The notes under the pieces were generated by a model. That model was given only the letters and a program-made list of their open reading frames with translations, was not told where the DNA came from and did not search any database. DNA of 64,000 nt from Eledone cirrhosa (Eukaryota), in assembly GCA_964016885.1 (NCBI GenBank), contig OZ024748.1, forward strand, positions 37,138,001 through 37,202,000, written 5' to 3'. This document shows positions 12,969 to 23,711 of the stretch, in pieces. The position numbers and the translations under genes were made by a program. Every line of letters starts with the position of its first letter. The first letter of the stretch is position 1.

Positions 12969-13960
12969 ACTAGACCCCTTCTTCCTCCCGTTAGACCTGT
13001 GCGAAATTCCTTCCTTGCTCACATTTCAACCAGGTTTGATGGTCTTTATTCTCTCTCGTTCACGATTTCACCGAATTTAAATTCATAGAAATTTGGGACT
13101 TGACTCCTTCTTCCTCACCTTTCGTTGCTTCACCATTTTTGTTTGTTTACACTCGTGTCCCCTTTATTTACGTGTCACAAAGACTTTTTTTAGCCGTTGC
13201 TCGCACCAAACGGAGGTATATGGTCTTTAAAGCGATGAAATACCAATGATGGGTGGAAGATCACTGATGAAGGACTAACTTTATTCATATGTAACCCATT
13301 AGCAACCCCGCAGCACGTTTATTCTCATATTTACACATATTTTTTCCCCTGCTGTTACCCGTCTATTTTGTTCTTACTGCTTCCTCTTTCTCTGTATCTT
13401 TACCCTCTCTAGCAGTCACTCTCTCTGTTAGCCTCTTCCTCACCCTTCACTCACTCATTCTCTGTTACTACCTCTCCTCCTCCTCCTTCTTCCCGTTTGA
13501 CCTGTGCGTAATTCTTTTCTTTCGCACGCTTGGCCAGGCCGGTCGGCATTTTTTCTCTCTCTCGTCTACGATTTCACAGAACTTATGTTTACCGAATTCA
13601 CAGACTAGACCCCTTCTTCCTCCCGTTAGCCCTGTGCGAAATTCCTTCCTTGCTCACATTTCAACCAGGTTTGATGGTCTTTATTCTCTCTCGTTCACGA
13701 TTTCACCGAATTTAAATTCATAGAAATTTTGGACTTGACTCCTTCTTCCTCACTTTTCGTTGCTTCACCATTTTTGTTTGTTTACACTCGTGTCCCCTTT
13801 ATTTACGTGTCCCAAAGAATTTTTTTAGCGGTTGCTCGCACCAACCGGAGGTATATGGTCTTTAAAGCGATGAAATACCAATGATGGTTGGAAGATCACT
13901 GATGAAGGACTAACTTTATTCATATGTAACCCATTAGCAACCCCGCAGCACGTTTATTCT
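12969..13960 (+). mobile_element. Partial tandem repeat (635-bp period), PLE pseudo-LTR/retrozyme-like family, subfamily A
   Basis: 12969-13325 repeats at about 13604-13960; flanked by (TA)n; pyrimidine-rich body homologous to the units at 16.7-17.7 and 25.7-26.4 kb (CTCTTCCTCAC..TTCACTCACTCA); carries the GAAATACC...CTGATGA motif. Confidence 0.7.
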
Positions 13961-14431
<471 letters not shown>

Positions 14432-14807
14432 CCAGCCTGAGTGTCATGAATATCTGGTTGATGTTCTAGCTATATGTAGTTCACCAATTATTGGTTGTAA
14501 TGGACGCTGTCTGATGCAGAAGATATCTTGGAAATAATGGAATCCCAAGATTAAACCCAACTGTGTGGCATCTTGTAGACTTGCTATATATATATATATC
14601 TGTATATTTTGGTGCCTGTATATATATATATGTGTGTGTGGGCGTGTGTCTGTCCATATATATATATATATATATATATGTATACTAAATATGGATTGAG
14701 GGAAGCGAGGTTGTGTGGTTACTTATAACGAGTGTTAGAAGTTAGAAGGTAAGGCGACTCAAACAAGAAATGGACAGTTTCCCTTCGTCAGCCGTTTACT
14801 ACGGATC

Positions 14808-14847
<40 letters not shown>

Positions 14848-15189
14848 TGGCGGACTGGCCAGGTTGCCAGCTTGCCCAATGGCAAGTGGCCAGGGGGCCC
14901 ACAGTAGCATTGCAGGGTCAGTGTGGAATTTTAGGGGCCAATGCTTTTCTTTAAAAAAATACCTGAAATCTAAGAGAAAGAATAAAATATTTTTAAAAAT
15001 CAATAAAACAATTAAGAAAAACATTTGGTGAACCAATCCCCCAGGGAATTGCTAGAAACCAAAATATACGATAGTGTAAATAGCTGGAATCAGTGGTTGT
15101 ACATTCTACTAAATCTAAAGCTTAGTGTATTCATTCATGCATGCAAACATATATATATAGACACAGACACACAAGCATATATATATATA

Positions 15190-15626
15190 CTAGACCTGAA
15201 AAATGCGCAAGCTCAAAAGAGCCACAGAATGTTATAATAAACCTTCAAAAGTGTGGGACAAGAGTTGTTGCTCAAAAATATTGCAATCATTATCTATCGT
15301 ACACTCTGTGGCATCCTTTTATATAAAAGAGACTCATAACGAACTCAAGACGACAATTATTTAAGCTAATGTTCAATATCTCATATTAGATGTTTAGTAA
15401 TTAATACGAAATGCACTTAAACCGAATTCTATATTATAAATTCACTTAAATAATTATCGTGTCGTCTTGAGTTCGTTATGAGTCTCTTTTTTATAAAAGG
15501 ATGCCACAGAGTGTACGATAGATAATGATTACAATATTTTTGAGCAACAACTCTAGTCCCACACTTTTGAAGGGTTATTATAACATTCTGTGGTTCTTTT
15601 GAGCTTGCGCATTTTTCAGGTCTAGT
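15190..15626. repeat. Long inverted repeat (about 165-bp arms, about 105-bp spacer), MITE/fold-back-like
   Basis: ACTAGACCTGAAAAATGCGCAAGCTC... versus ...GAGCTTGCGCATTTTTCAGGTCTAGT with few mismatches. Confidence 0.9.
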
Positions 15627-16176
15627 TTAATATTCTTTTAAGGCAACGCTTGTAATAACTCTAGTTAAACAAGATATATATTAATAATAAATTATCGTTG
15701 TAGTGTAATTAGATTATATAATTGTTATTTTATAAATGATCTTATCAATATTATTGTAAGATGTATAAAAATATTTTCAGAATAAAAAAATAATCTAATA
15801 TAATAATAATAAAATAATCTAACATAAAATTAACAATAATATGAACAAATATACAAGTAAATATGATACAACCAATATTATAAGCATGTTATAACGAACT
15901 GAAAAAAAAATAGTTAATATCAATTTAAAAATAATATATAAATTAACAATATAACTTACCAAAACGAGAAAAATATTTTGATGATAAAAGATGAAATACA
16001 GGAGGAAGATTCGAAAGCGAAACGATAAATAAACGCCAATAAGACGATGAAATTAGCCAATAAGACGATACATTACAAAACATGTTTGGCAAGGATCACC
16101 ACGGCCAATGAAACCCCTTGAATTTTTTTATTCACAAGCTACGCATATATGTCAGACATGCAGACTTAAAACATTC

Positions 16177-16605
16177 TGTTGTTAGTCACTACGTGTCTAA
16201 TAGATATATATAGAGAGATAGAATGGAAAACGAAAAATCAGTGATGCATCGGAACTCAATTTATTGTGTGTTACAATTGTTTCCCCGGAGAACAGCTCGA
16301 GGTGAGATCCATGTGTGGATCTACCTGACTCTAGACTCTCAGGTTCCTCGGACGCGTCTATTGATTTCGGATCATATCCTCTTTCTGGGGTTTTCTGGCT
16401 CTACAAGACCATATCGTCCACCTTCATCCGCTTTGCGCGTCCTTGGGTTGGTCACTGGTTACTGACGTCATCATTATTCTGACCACTTGTAGCAGCCCGC
16501 TGACCGTCAGGGCGTCAGCTGTCACTCACCCATTGTCCCGTCGGCGAAATTACTGCTGTTTGTCAGCTCACACTCCCACTCGCACACACACACACAGATA
16601 CTGAC
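16177..16605 (-). mobile_element. Possible solo LTR
   Basis: GC-richer block of about 430 bp bounded by TG...CA, with minus-strand AATAAA near 16260; no TSD found. Confidence 0.25.
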
Positions 16606-16678
16606 AGATATATACAGAGTAGCTTGTGTGCTTAAATATGGTTTTATAAATATAGTTTCCATTTATTTAATATCATTG

Positions 16679-16704
<26 letters not shown>

Positions 16705-16711
<7 letters not shown>

Positions 16712-17665
16712 AAAATACTGCAGGTAGCACATGGATAACATGTAATAAAATGAGTCCCTCATCAGTGATTTGCCGAAGATCATAGATATTTCATTGCATT
16801 AAAAATCATATACCTCACGTCGGTGCAATAATAACCAAAATAAGTTATTAGGACAATTAAAACGCGTAAAGCGAGTGAGACAGGAGAACAACAAAGAGTA
16901 TAGCTAACCGTAGTGGAAAGAAACAAGCTTCAAAAATTATTCTGTTTAGCATAAGCTAGGTGAATATATGAGCGCTTAGAGAATAGATCCTACACGAGCG
17001 AAGGCTATGAGCGGAGAGAGAAAAATAGCGTTCGTGATGTGCAGGATGAAATGAAGAGAAGAGAGAGAAAAACAGTGAGTGAGTGAAAGTGTGAGGAAGA
17101 GTTAACGGACATAACAGAGGGGGAGAAACAGAGAGAATGGGGGAACAGTAAGAGAGAGAGAAAAAAACACAGAATCGCAGTGGTAAATATATGTATTAAA
17201 ATATAGAGAAAAATACTGCAGGTAGCACATGGATAACATGTAATAAAATAAGTCCCTCATCAGTGATTTGCCGAAGATCATAGATATTTCATTGCATTAA
17301 AAATCATATATCTCACGTCGGTGCAATAATAAACAAAATAAGTTATTAGGACAATTAAAACGCGTAAAGCGAGTGAGACAGGAGAACAACAAAGAGTATA
17401 GCTAACCGTAGGGGAAAGAAACAAGCTTCAAAAATTATTCTGTTTAGCATAAGCTAGGTGAATATATGAGCGCTTAGAGAATAGATCCTACACGAGCGAA
17501 GGCTATGAGCAGAGAGAGAAAAATAGCGTTCGTGATGTGCAGGATGAAATGAAGAGAAGAGAGAGAAAAATAGTGAGTGAGTGAAAGTGTGAGGAAGAGT
17601 TAACGGACATGACAGAGGGGGAGAAACAGAGAGAATGGGGGAACAGTAAGAGAGAGAGAGAAAAT
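16705..17665 (-). mobile_element. Two tandem 498-bp units of PLE pseudo-LTR/retrozyme-like family, subfamily B
   Basis: Near-identical units (GTCCCTCATCAG at 16754 and 17252); (TA)n at both ends; non-coding. Confidence 0.8.
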
Positions 17666-17756
17666 ATATATATATACTTACACATGAACTACTGACCAAA
17701 TAATATTTGGTATCAACGGGTTAAAGACATCTGCCAAATCATTTAGTGGTGAAAGT

Positions 17757-17821
<65 letters not shown>

Positions 17822-17824
<3 letters not shown>

Positions 17825-17885
17825 AACCGAGAAACAAGAATGTCCTTCATCAGTAGCCTGCTGATTATCGTTGGTATTTCTTCGC

Positions 17886-17890
<5 letters not shown>
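17822..17890 (-). mobile_element. Short 3' fragment of the same ribozyme-motif family (subfamily D) between (TA)n tracts
   Basis: Reverse complement AATGCGAAGAAATACCAACGATAATCAGCAGGCTACTGATGAAGGACATT shares the conserved boxes. Confidence 0.65.
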
Positions 17891-17934
<44 letters not shown>

Positions 17935-17952
17935 AGTGTGTGAAACATCAAA

Positions 17953-18418
17953 GGTCATTATTGAAAGTCGACTTTAGGTAGGAGCAATAACATTAAGAAA
18001 GACATGAACGACCCCACAACACTTTGTTTTGAAAATGTTGAAAGTAGGTTTATAAGTATGAATTTTCCTAAGATTTTCGTAGTTGTCTCTGTGGCCTAGC
18101 GGTAGGTACTAGAGACGGTGGAATTCCTGGTTTGGGTTCAATTCTGGTCAAGAAGTACATGTAACCTTTTTCAGTTTTTATTTTACAACCAATAGGAAAA
18201 AAACTGAAAAGTTTTACCGGGAACCCTAGTCCCGACCAGGATCACCACCGTCTATCATTCCTGCAACTAAGCCACCGAAACAGCTACAAAAGTATAATGA
18301 AAATTGATAATTATAAACCTACTTTCAAAATCTAAGTTAAGGAGATGTGGTGTCATTCATGGCTTTCCTAGAGCTATTAGTAATATTTAAGGTCGACTTC
18401 TGGTCATTACTGAAAGTC
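17953..18418. repeat. Old diverged inverted repeat with tRNA-like/Pol III boxes in the arms
   Basis: AAAGTAGGTTTATAA vs TTATAAACCTACTTT; AGACGGTGG vs CCACCGTCT; A box TGGCCTAGCGG 18092-18102 and B box GGTTCAATTC 18135-18144. Confidence 0.7.
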
Positions 18419-18627
18419 TCTGGATTTCGCAAAATACATAATATTATTTATTGGAGAAGGTAAGATATTTTTCCGCAAAAATTTGATTGTACTGTCTTGT
18501 TTCCACTTATGTATTTTTCGAAAATATTATTTATTCATTATAAAAATTAAATGATAGCATTCTATATGTAGGTGGACCCCTTTCGTCTCCTGGCAACCAA
18601 TATTTCTAGACCCGGTCCGCCACTCTA

Positions 18628-18791
<164 letters not shown>

Positions 18792-18869
18792 CGAAGGAAA
18801 TGTGGTAAGGAACCAGGTGGACCATAACGCACTAAAGTACTCAATACTTAGGGTAGTAGAGAGTGGGTA

Positions 18870-18982
18870 ATAGGAACGAGTAGGACCCCGACGGCTGAGC
18901 TCAAGCCGTTTCGACGGCTAATTCTGGACTTAGAATTACCCGTCGAAACGGCTTGAGCTCAGCCGTTGGGGTCCTACTCGTT

Positions 18983-18987
<5 letters not shown>
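18870..18987. repeat. Fold-back palindrome of a PLE-type end containing half a hammerhead
   Basis: Arms of about 56 bp, near perfect; each has CGAA-ACGGCT..AGCCGT-C/T (stem III plus GUC/GUU). Confidence 0.85.
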
Positions 18988-19072
<85 letters not shown>

Positions 19073-19080
<8 letters not shown>

Positions 19081-19207
19081 TAACAGATTAAAGTTTAAGC
19101 AAAGAATCGGTGCTTTCACCCTTAACGGGATCTTCTGAGTTTCAGAAGATCTCGTTAAGGGTGAAAGCACCGATTCTTTGCTTAAACTTTAATCTGTTAT
19201 TTTAATA
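19073..19207. repeat. Fold-back palindrome (about 63-bp arms)
   Basis: TATTAAAATAACAGATTAAAG...CTTTAATCTGTTATTTTAATA, near perfect. Confidence 0.92.
19137..19189 (+). ncRNA. Type I hammerhead ribozyme variant (core CAGAAGA)
   Basis: Stem I GAGTTT/AAACTT; CAGAAGA; stem II CTC/GGG (CCC in the other arm); GAA; stem III AGCA/TGCT; cleavage triplet CUU. Confidence 0.55.
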
Positions 19208-19296
19208 AATATTTGCTCTACGGTTCTTATATATTTGATATATAGTTATCCTTATCGAGCCCTCTTTGGATTTTAGTCTTGAAATTTATTATTATT

Positions 19297-19341
<45 letters not shown>

Positions 19342-19400
19342 CATATATATATATACATATATATATATGTGTGTGTCTCAATTATATTAAAGTTATTTTA

Positions 19401-19449
<49 letters not shown>

Positions 19450-19750
19450 AGTGTGCGTCTGTTAGTCCATACGTGTGTGTATACGTGTGTGTAAATGTGT
19501 ATGTGAATATATGTGTTTCTGTGTGTATATATGTATATATGTTTGCATTTCGTTTAACAACAGTGTTCAATACCTGTTCAATACATATTCCAAACCATTA
19601 AAAGTGTCAGAAATATGAAGTCTTATAGAATCGCGTGATTAGAAACCCAACTTTTTTTTCTTACCTTTAAGTTTCGTGACAAAATTCCTGTGAAACGCAT
19701 GAATGCCTTAGGTATGAGGGAATAATATAGGTGACAAACAAGAAATTCTT

Positions 19751-19870
<120 letters not shown>

Positions 19871-20000
19871 GAAGTTATATTTAATTTGTTGGGATTCCAA
19901 CAAACTTAAAAGTTTATAACTGATATAGAGCACTCAACAGTGTACTGGAGTAAATATTAAATATATTTATAAATGGAAACTATATTTATAAAACCATAAT

Positions 20001-20065
20001 TATTTTATTATATATATTTCAAGGGCAACCAAGGCAATCTTGGTGCGCTTTCATCAGATAAAATA
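20001..20065 (-). ncRNA. Type I minimal hammerhead ribozyme
   Basis: Reverse-complement copy of 20257-20321. Confidence 0.75.
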
Positions 20066-20256
20066 CAAAATTTGTTTTATAAATAGTGACATAACCGTGG
20101 TAAACAACCTTGACGGTTGAAAATTCGCAGGATAGTATATAATATATATAGTATATAATATAGGATAGTATATAATATATATATAACTATTCTGCGAACT
20201 TTCAACCGTCAAGATTGTTTTCCACGGTTATGTCACTATTTATAAAACAAATTTTG

Positions 20257-20321
20257 TATTTTATCTGATGAAAGCACACCAAGATTACCTTGGTTGCCCT
20301 TGAAATATATATAATAAAATA
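20257..20321 (+). ncRNA. Type I minimal hammerhead ribozyme
   Basis: Stem I TATTTTAT/ATAAAATA; CTGATGA 20265-20271; stem II including CCAAG/CTTGG; GAA; palindromic stem III ATATATAT; cleavage triplet AUA. Confidence 0.75.
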
Positions 20322-20359
20322 ATGATGGTTTTATAAATATAGTTTCCATTTATTAATAT

Positions 20360-20410
<51 letters not shown>

Positions 20411-20413
<3 letters not shown>

Positions 20414-20521
20414 ATGCTGCGATGAAATACCAATGATCGTTGGCAAATCACTGATGAGGGACTCATTTTATAATATGTAATCCATGTGCAACCATGCAGT
20501 ATTCTTCTCCCCATATTTTTC
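20411..20521 (+). mobile_element. 3' fragment of the ribozyme-motif family (subfamily C)
   Basis: GCGATGAAATACCAATGATCGTTGGCAAATCACTGATGAGGGACTCATT, ending in (TA)n. Confidence 0.7.
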
Positions 20522-20534
20522 ATATATATATATA

Positions 20535-21710
20535 TAAATCTATCCTTAAAAACCTTGCATATAATATATCACTTAGAATTTCTAACCTTTTGTCTAACCA
20601 AGACGTATTTGATAAAAATGCGACCTTTTATAACGAAGCTCTAGCTAGAAGTGGCCACAAAAATAGATTAGTATATATACCTTCTACCAATAACACTACA
20701 AACATACAACCTAATATTACCAACAAACACCAAATGAAACATACACACCTAAATGCCACTCACACTATACCCCAAAACACCAACATAAAACCAAATTTCT
20801 CTAACTCTTCTAATATACAGTATAGTAACTCTCAAAAAACTACTCATCCTACAACTCTAATAAATGTTAATAATAAAACTCCTAATAAACAAGCTAAAGC
20901 ACCTAAATCAATAAATCTAACTAAAAATGTGTGTAGAGAGGTCATTAACAATAATTCTCTTAATAAACATCAGGATGCATCCTATAAAAACAATAAACAA
21001 CATCGAAACCGTAATAGACGAGTTACTTGGTATAATGCTCCATTTAATTTACAAATTAAGGATAATATACCTAAAAAATTCTTTAATATCCTAGAGAAAA
21101 ACTTCCCGCCAAACCACAAATACCATCAAATCTTAAATAGATCAACGGTTAAATTCTCCTACTCAACAACCAAAAACATAAAACAAAATATAAGTGCCTA
21201 TAATGCATATAAATGTAAAAAAACCATGAGTATACCACCAGTACTAACCATAATATCTCCTCAGATACAGGATTCACGAAAAGTTGTAACTGTAGAAACA
21301 AGGCAAACTGTCCATTAAAAGGAAATTGCCTTGTTAATAACATAGTATATAAATGTAAAGTTAACACTAAGGACTCAATTTATTCATATATAGGAGCTGC
21401 CTCTAACAATTTTAAGGTAAGATTTAATACCCACAAACATAGTTTTAAAAATGCCGCACTAGCTAATACAACATCCCTAGCAGAAATAATTAATAGTTAT
21501 AGAAAGAGGAATATAGAATATGACCTGACCTGGAGTGTGCTCAAAAGGGCCACCTCTTATCAAAATAGTAGAAATGAATGTAGATTATGTTCCCAACAAC
21601 TTTTCGAAATAATGAAATCTAAGGATATCCTATTAAATAAGCGACAGGAATTAATAATATCGTGTAATCATAAACTGAGAAAAACCTTTAAATATTATAA
21701 ACCTAATTAA
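20535..21710 (+). pseudogene. PLE RT thumb, Cys-rich linker and GIY-YIG endonuclease, frameshifted
   Basis: RISNLLSN..YNEALARSG; RNRRVTWYNAPF; HKYHQILNRSTVKFSYS; shifted frame CNCRNKANCPLKGNCL..IVYKCKV..YIGAASNNFKVRFNTHKHSF..CRLC..LLNKRQE..CNH. Confidence 0.88.
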
Positions 21711-22133
21711 TATACACTTTAGAAATTAATATATAAATTATTTTTAATTTAGTTAACCTATAATTAATATTCTACTACTGATGAACTACATAATTCTGGT
21801 TTAAATATTATAAACCTAATTAATATACACTTTAGAAATTAATATATAAACTATTTTTAATTTAGTTAACCTATAATTAATATTCTACTACTGATGAACT
21901 ACATAATTTTGCTTTCCTTCTTACAAATATCATTTCCTAAAACTGATACCATTAAGTAAACATATATAATGCTTTAACTTCAGGTTATGACTCTATGTTC
22001 CTTGAAAACTATATATATTTACTATTTCTCACTAATAAATTTAATTCCCCCCCCCCCAATAATTATATGTATATATAAGTGTGTATGTGTGTGTATATAT
22101 ATGTGTATGTATGTATATATGCATGTATGTGTG

Positions 22134-22184
<51 letters not shown>

Positions 22185-22952
22185 ATGTGTGTGTGTGTGT
22201 ATGTGTATATATATGTATATATATATATATATATAAGTGTATATATATATATATATATGCGTGTATGTGTATATATATGTATATATATATATATATATTA
22301 GTATATATATATATATTATTTTTATATTCTTTTAATTTCCCCTCATCTTTAACACCACTTTTCAACTGCATCTAACTCTTATTTATCATATCTATATGTA
22401 TTAGTATAATTTTATCAATATAAATATACCCATCAATTAAATTAATTTTATATTCTTTTCATAGATGTATTTTTTTCACTAACATTCTTATCTTAAAACT
22501 TTGGTCACCTTAGATATTTGTATTGGCATTACTATTTTATAACAGCAACTGCTTGTATACCTTTTACTGACCACCTGACCTATTTTCACCCCTAAAATAA
22601 GCTTCAATTACTACTATTTTACCATTTGGCCAATTATTAACTTTCTATTGGTTAATTCTAAACCTCTTACCAAACAGACAGAATATATTAGATCTTTGTT
22701 GGTTTTATTCAATGAACAAATAAAATTATTTCTGAGGTCAGCATAAGACCTATTTCTTCCCTAAAATAATCCTTCATTCATAATATTCTTTTCCATCCAA
22801 AACTGAAATCTACCTTCCTCTACCCATAATTTAAGGTTCTTCTACTACTATATTACTATCTTGACCCTCACTATCTCCTGATTGGTCAATTCAAAACCTG
22901 TTCCCAAACAGACCTATTGTATTGAATCTTTGTTTTTTTCAATAAACAAATA

Positions 22953-23094
22953 TCATTATTTCTGAAGACAGCATATATATGTGTAGGTATGTATATTCCC
23001 TCTGATAGTTTGTATAAATATTGTACATAGATCTATAGAATATGCATACCAACTCTAACACATATATATCCTAGAAACGATCGTAAAATGATGA
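22953..23094 (+). ncRNA. Type I hammerhead ribozyme with stem II of about 105 nt
   Basis: Stem I TCATTATTT/AAATGATGA; CTGAAGA 22962-22968; stem II ATATATATGTGT/ACACATATATAT and GGTATGTATATTC/GAATATGCATACC; GAA at 23074; palindromic stem III ACGATCGT; cleavage triplet GUA. Confidence 0.75.
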
Positions 23095-23141
23095 ATTTTT
23101 TTTAATATAAGGAACTGTTTCTTTGTTTATTCATTATTTTA

Positions 23142-23212
<71 letters not shown>

Positions 23213-23213
<1 letters not shown>

Positions 23214-23339
23214 TATTTAATATAGAAATGGCTTCTACAGGACTAGAACTGTTTCATTCGGGAGAAATCATCAGGAAATCATCATTCTGCCGAATGAAAC
23301 AGTTCTAGTCCCGTTGAAGCGATTTCTATATTAAATATT
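23213..23339. repeat. Fold-back palindrome of a PLE-type end
   Basis: ATATTTAATATAGAAATGGCTTC... versus ...GAAGCGATTTCTATATTAAATAT. Confidence 0.88.
23232..23278 (-). ncRNA. Type I hammerhead ribozyme
   Basis: Reverse complement TTTC-CTGATGA-T-TTC-TCCC-GAA-T-GAA-ACAG-TTCTAGTC-CTGT-A-GAAG; cleavage triplet GUA. Confidence 0.65.
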
Positions 23340-23400
23340 TATACTCTGCTATGTATTGAGTACCTTACTTACTGTGGTTACCCCCGAATGAACCCGGGAT

Positions 23401-23475
<75 letters not shown>

Positions 23476-23711
23476 CACACACACATACACACGCACGCAC
23501 ACACACACACATATATATATAAAAGTGTGTATATTTTCTTGTATATGATTTGCTCTATATATATATTTAGACAAAATACTATGGTTCTTTCTCTCTACAT
23601 ATATCTTTTAAATTTGTATAATTGATGCTCTGAAGTAAGGTCCATTGATCTTTTTTATTGAGAACAATGATCATCATACACATTGTGTGTGTGTATATAT
23701 ATATATATATA

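Larger units (their letters stand above)
14845..18625. mobile_element. Possible non-autonomous hAT-like DNA transposon carrying nested insertions
   Basis: Left end CAGTGGCGGACTGG (14845) and right end CCGGTCCGCCACTC (18612-18625) are 12/14 inverted matches; both ends have a subterminal GGTTGCCAG; no transposase seen; TSD unresolvable in TA repeats. Confidence 0.45.
19957..20362. repeat. Long inverted repeat (about 180-bp arms) of a PLE pseudo-LTR
   Basis: AAATGGAAACTATATTTATAAAACCAT... versus ...ATGGTTTTATAAATATAGTTTCCATTT; the same 3' end recurs at 16638-16675. Confidence 0.92.
20535..23145 (+). mobile_element. 5'-truncated Penelope-like element with long 3' region and terminal hammerhead
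   Basis: Coding remnant, then AT-rich 3' region with internal duplications, hammerhead at 22953-23094, ends in (TA)n. Confidence 0.75.

Noticed and set aside
13215-13283. HDV-like ribozyme, SECIS or box C/D reading of the conserved motif
   Set aside because: Lacks the HDV L3 and J4/2 consensus and SECIS helix length; box C is not conserved across subfamilies. The hammerhead register fits better.
14768-14797. Minus-strand AAACGG-CTGACGA-AGG-GAAACTGTCCATTT hammerhead-like motif
   Set aside because: No stem II, and the stem I/cleavage register does not fit; at most a decayed remnant.
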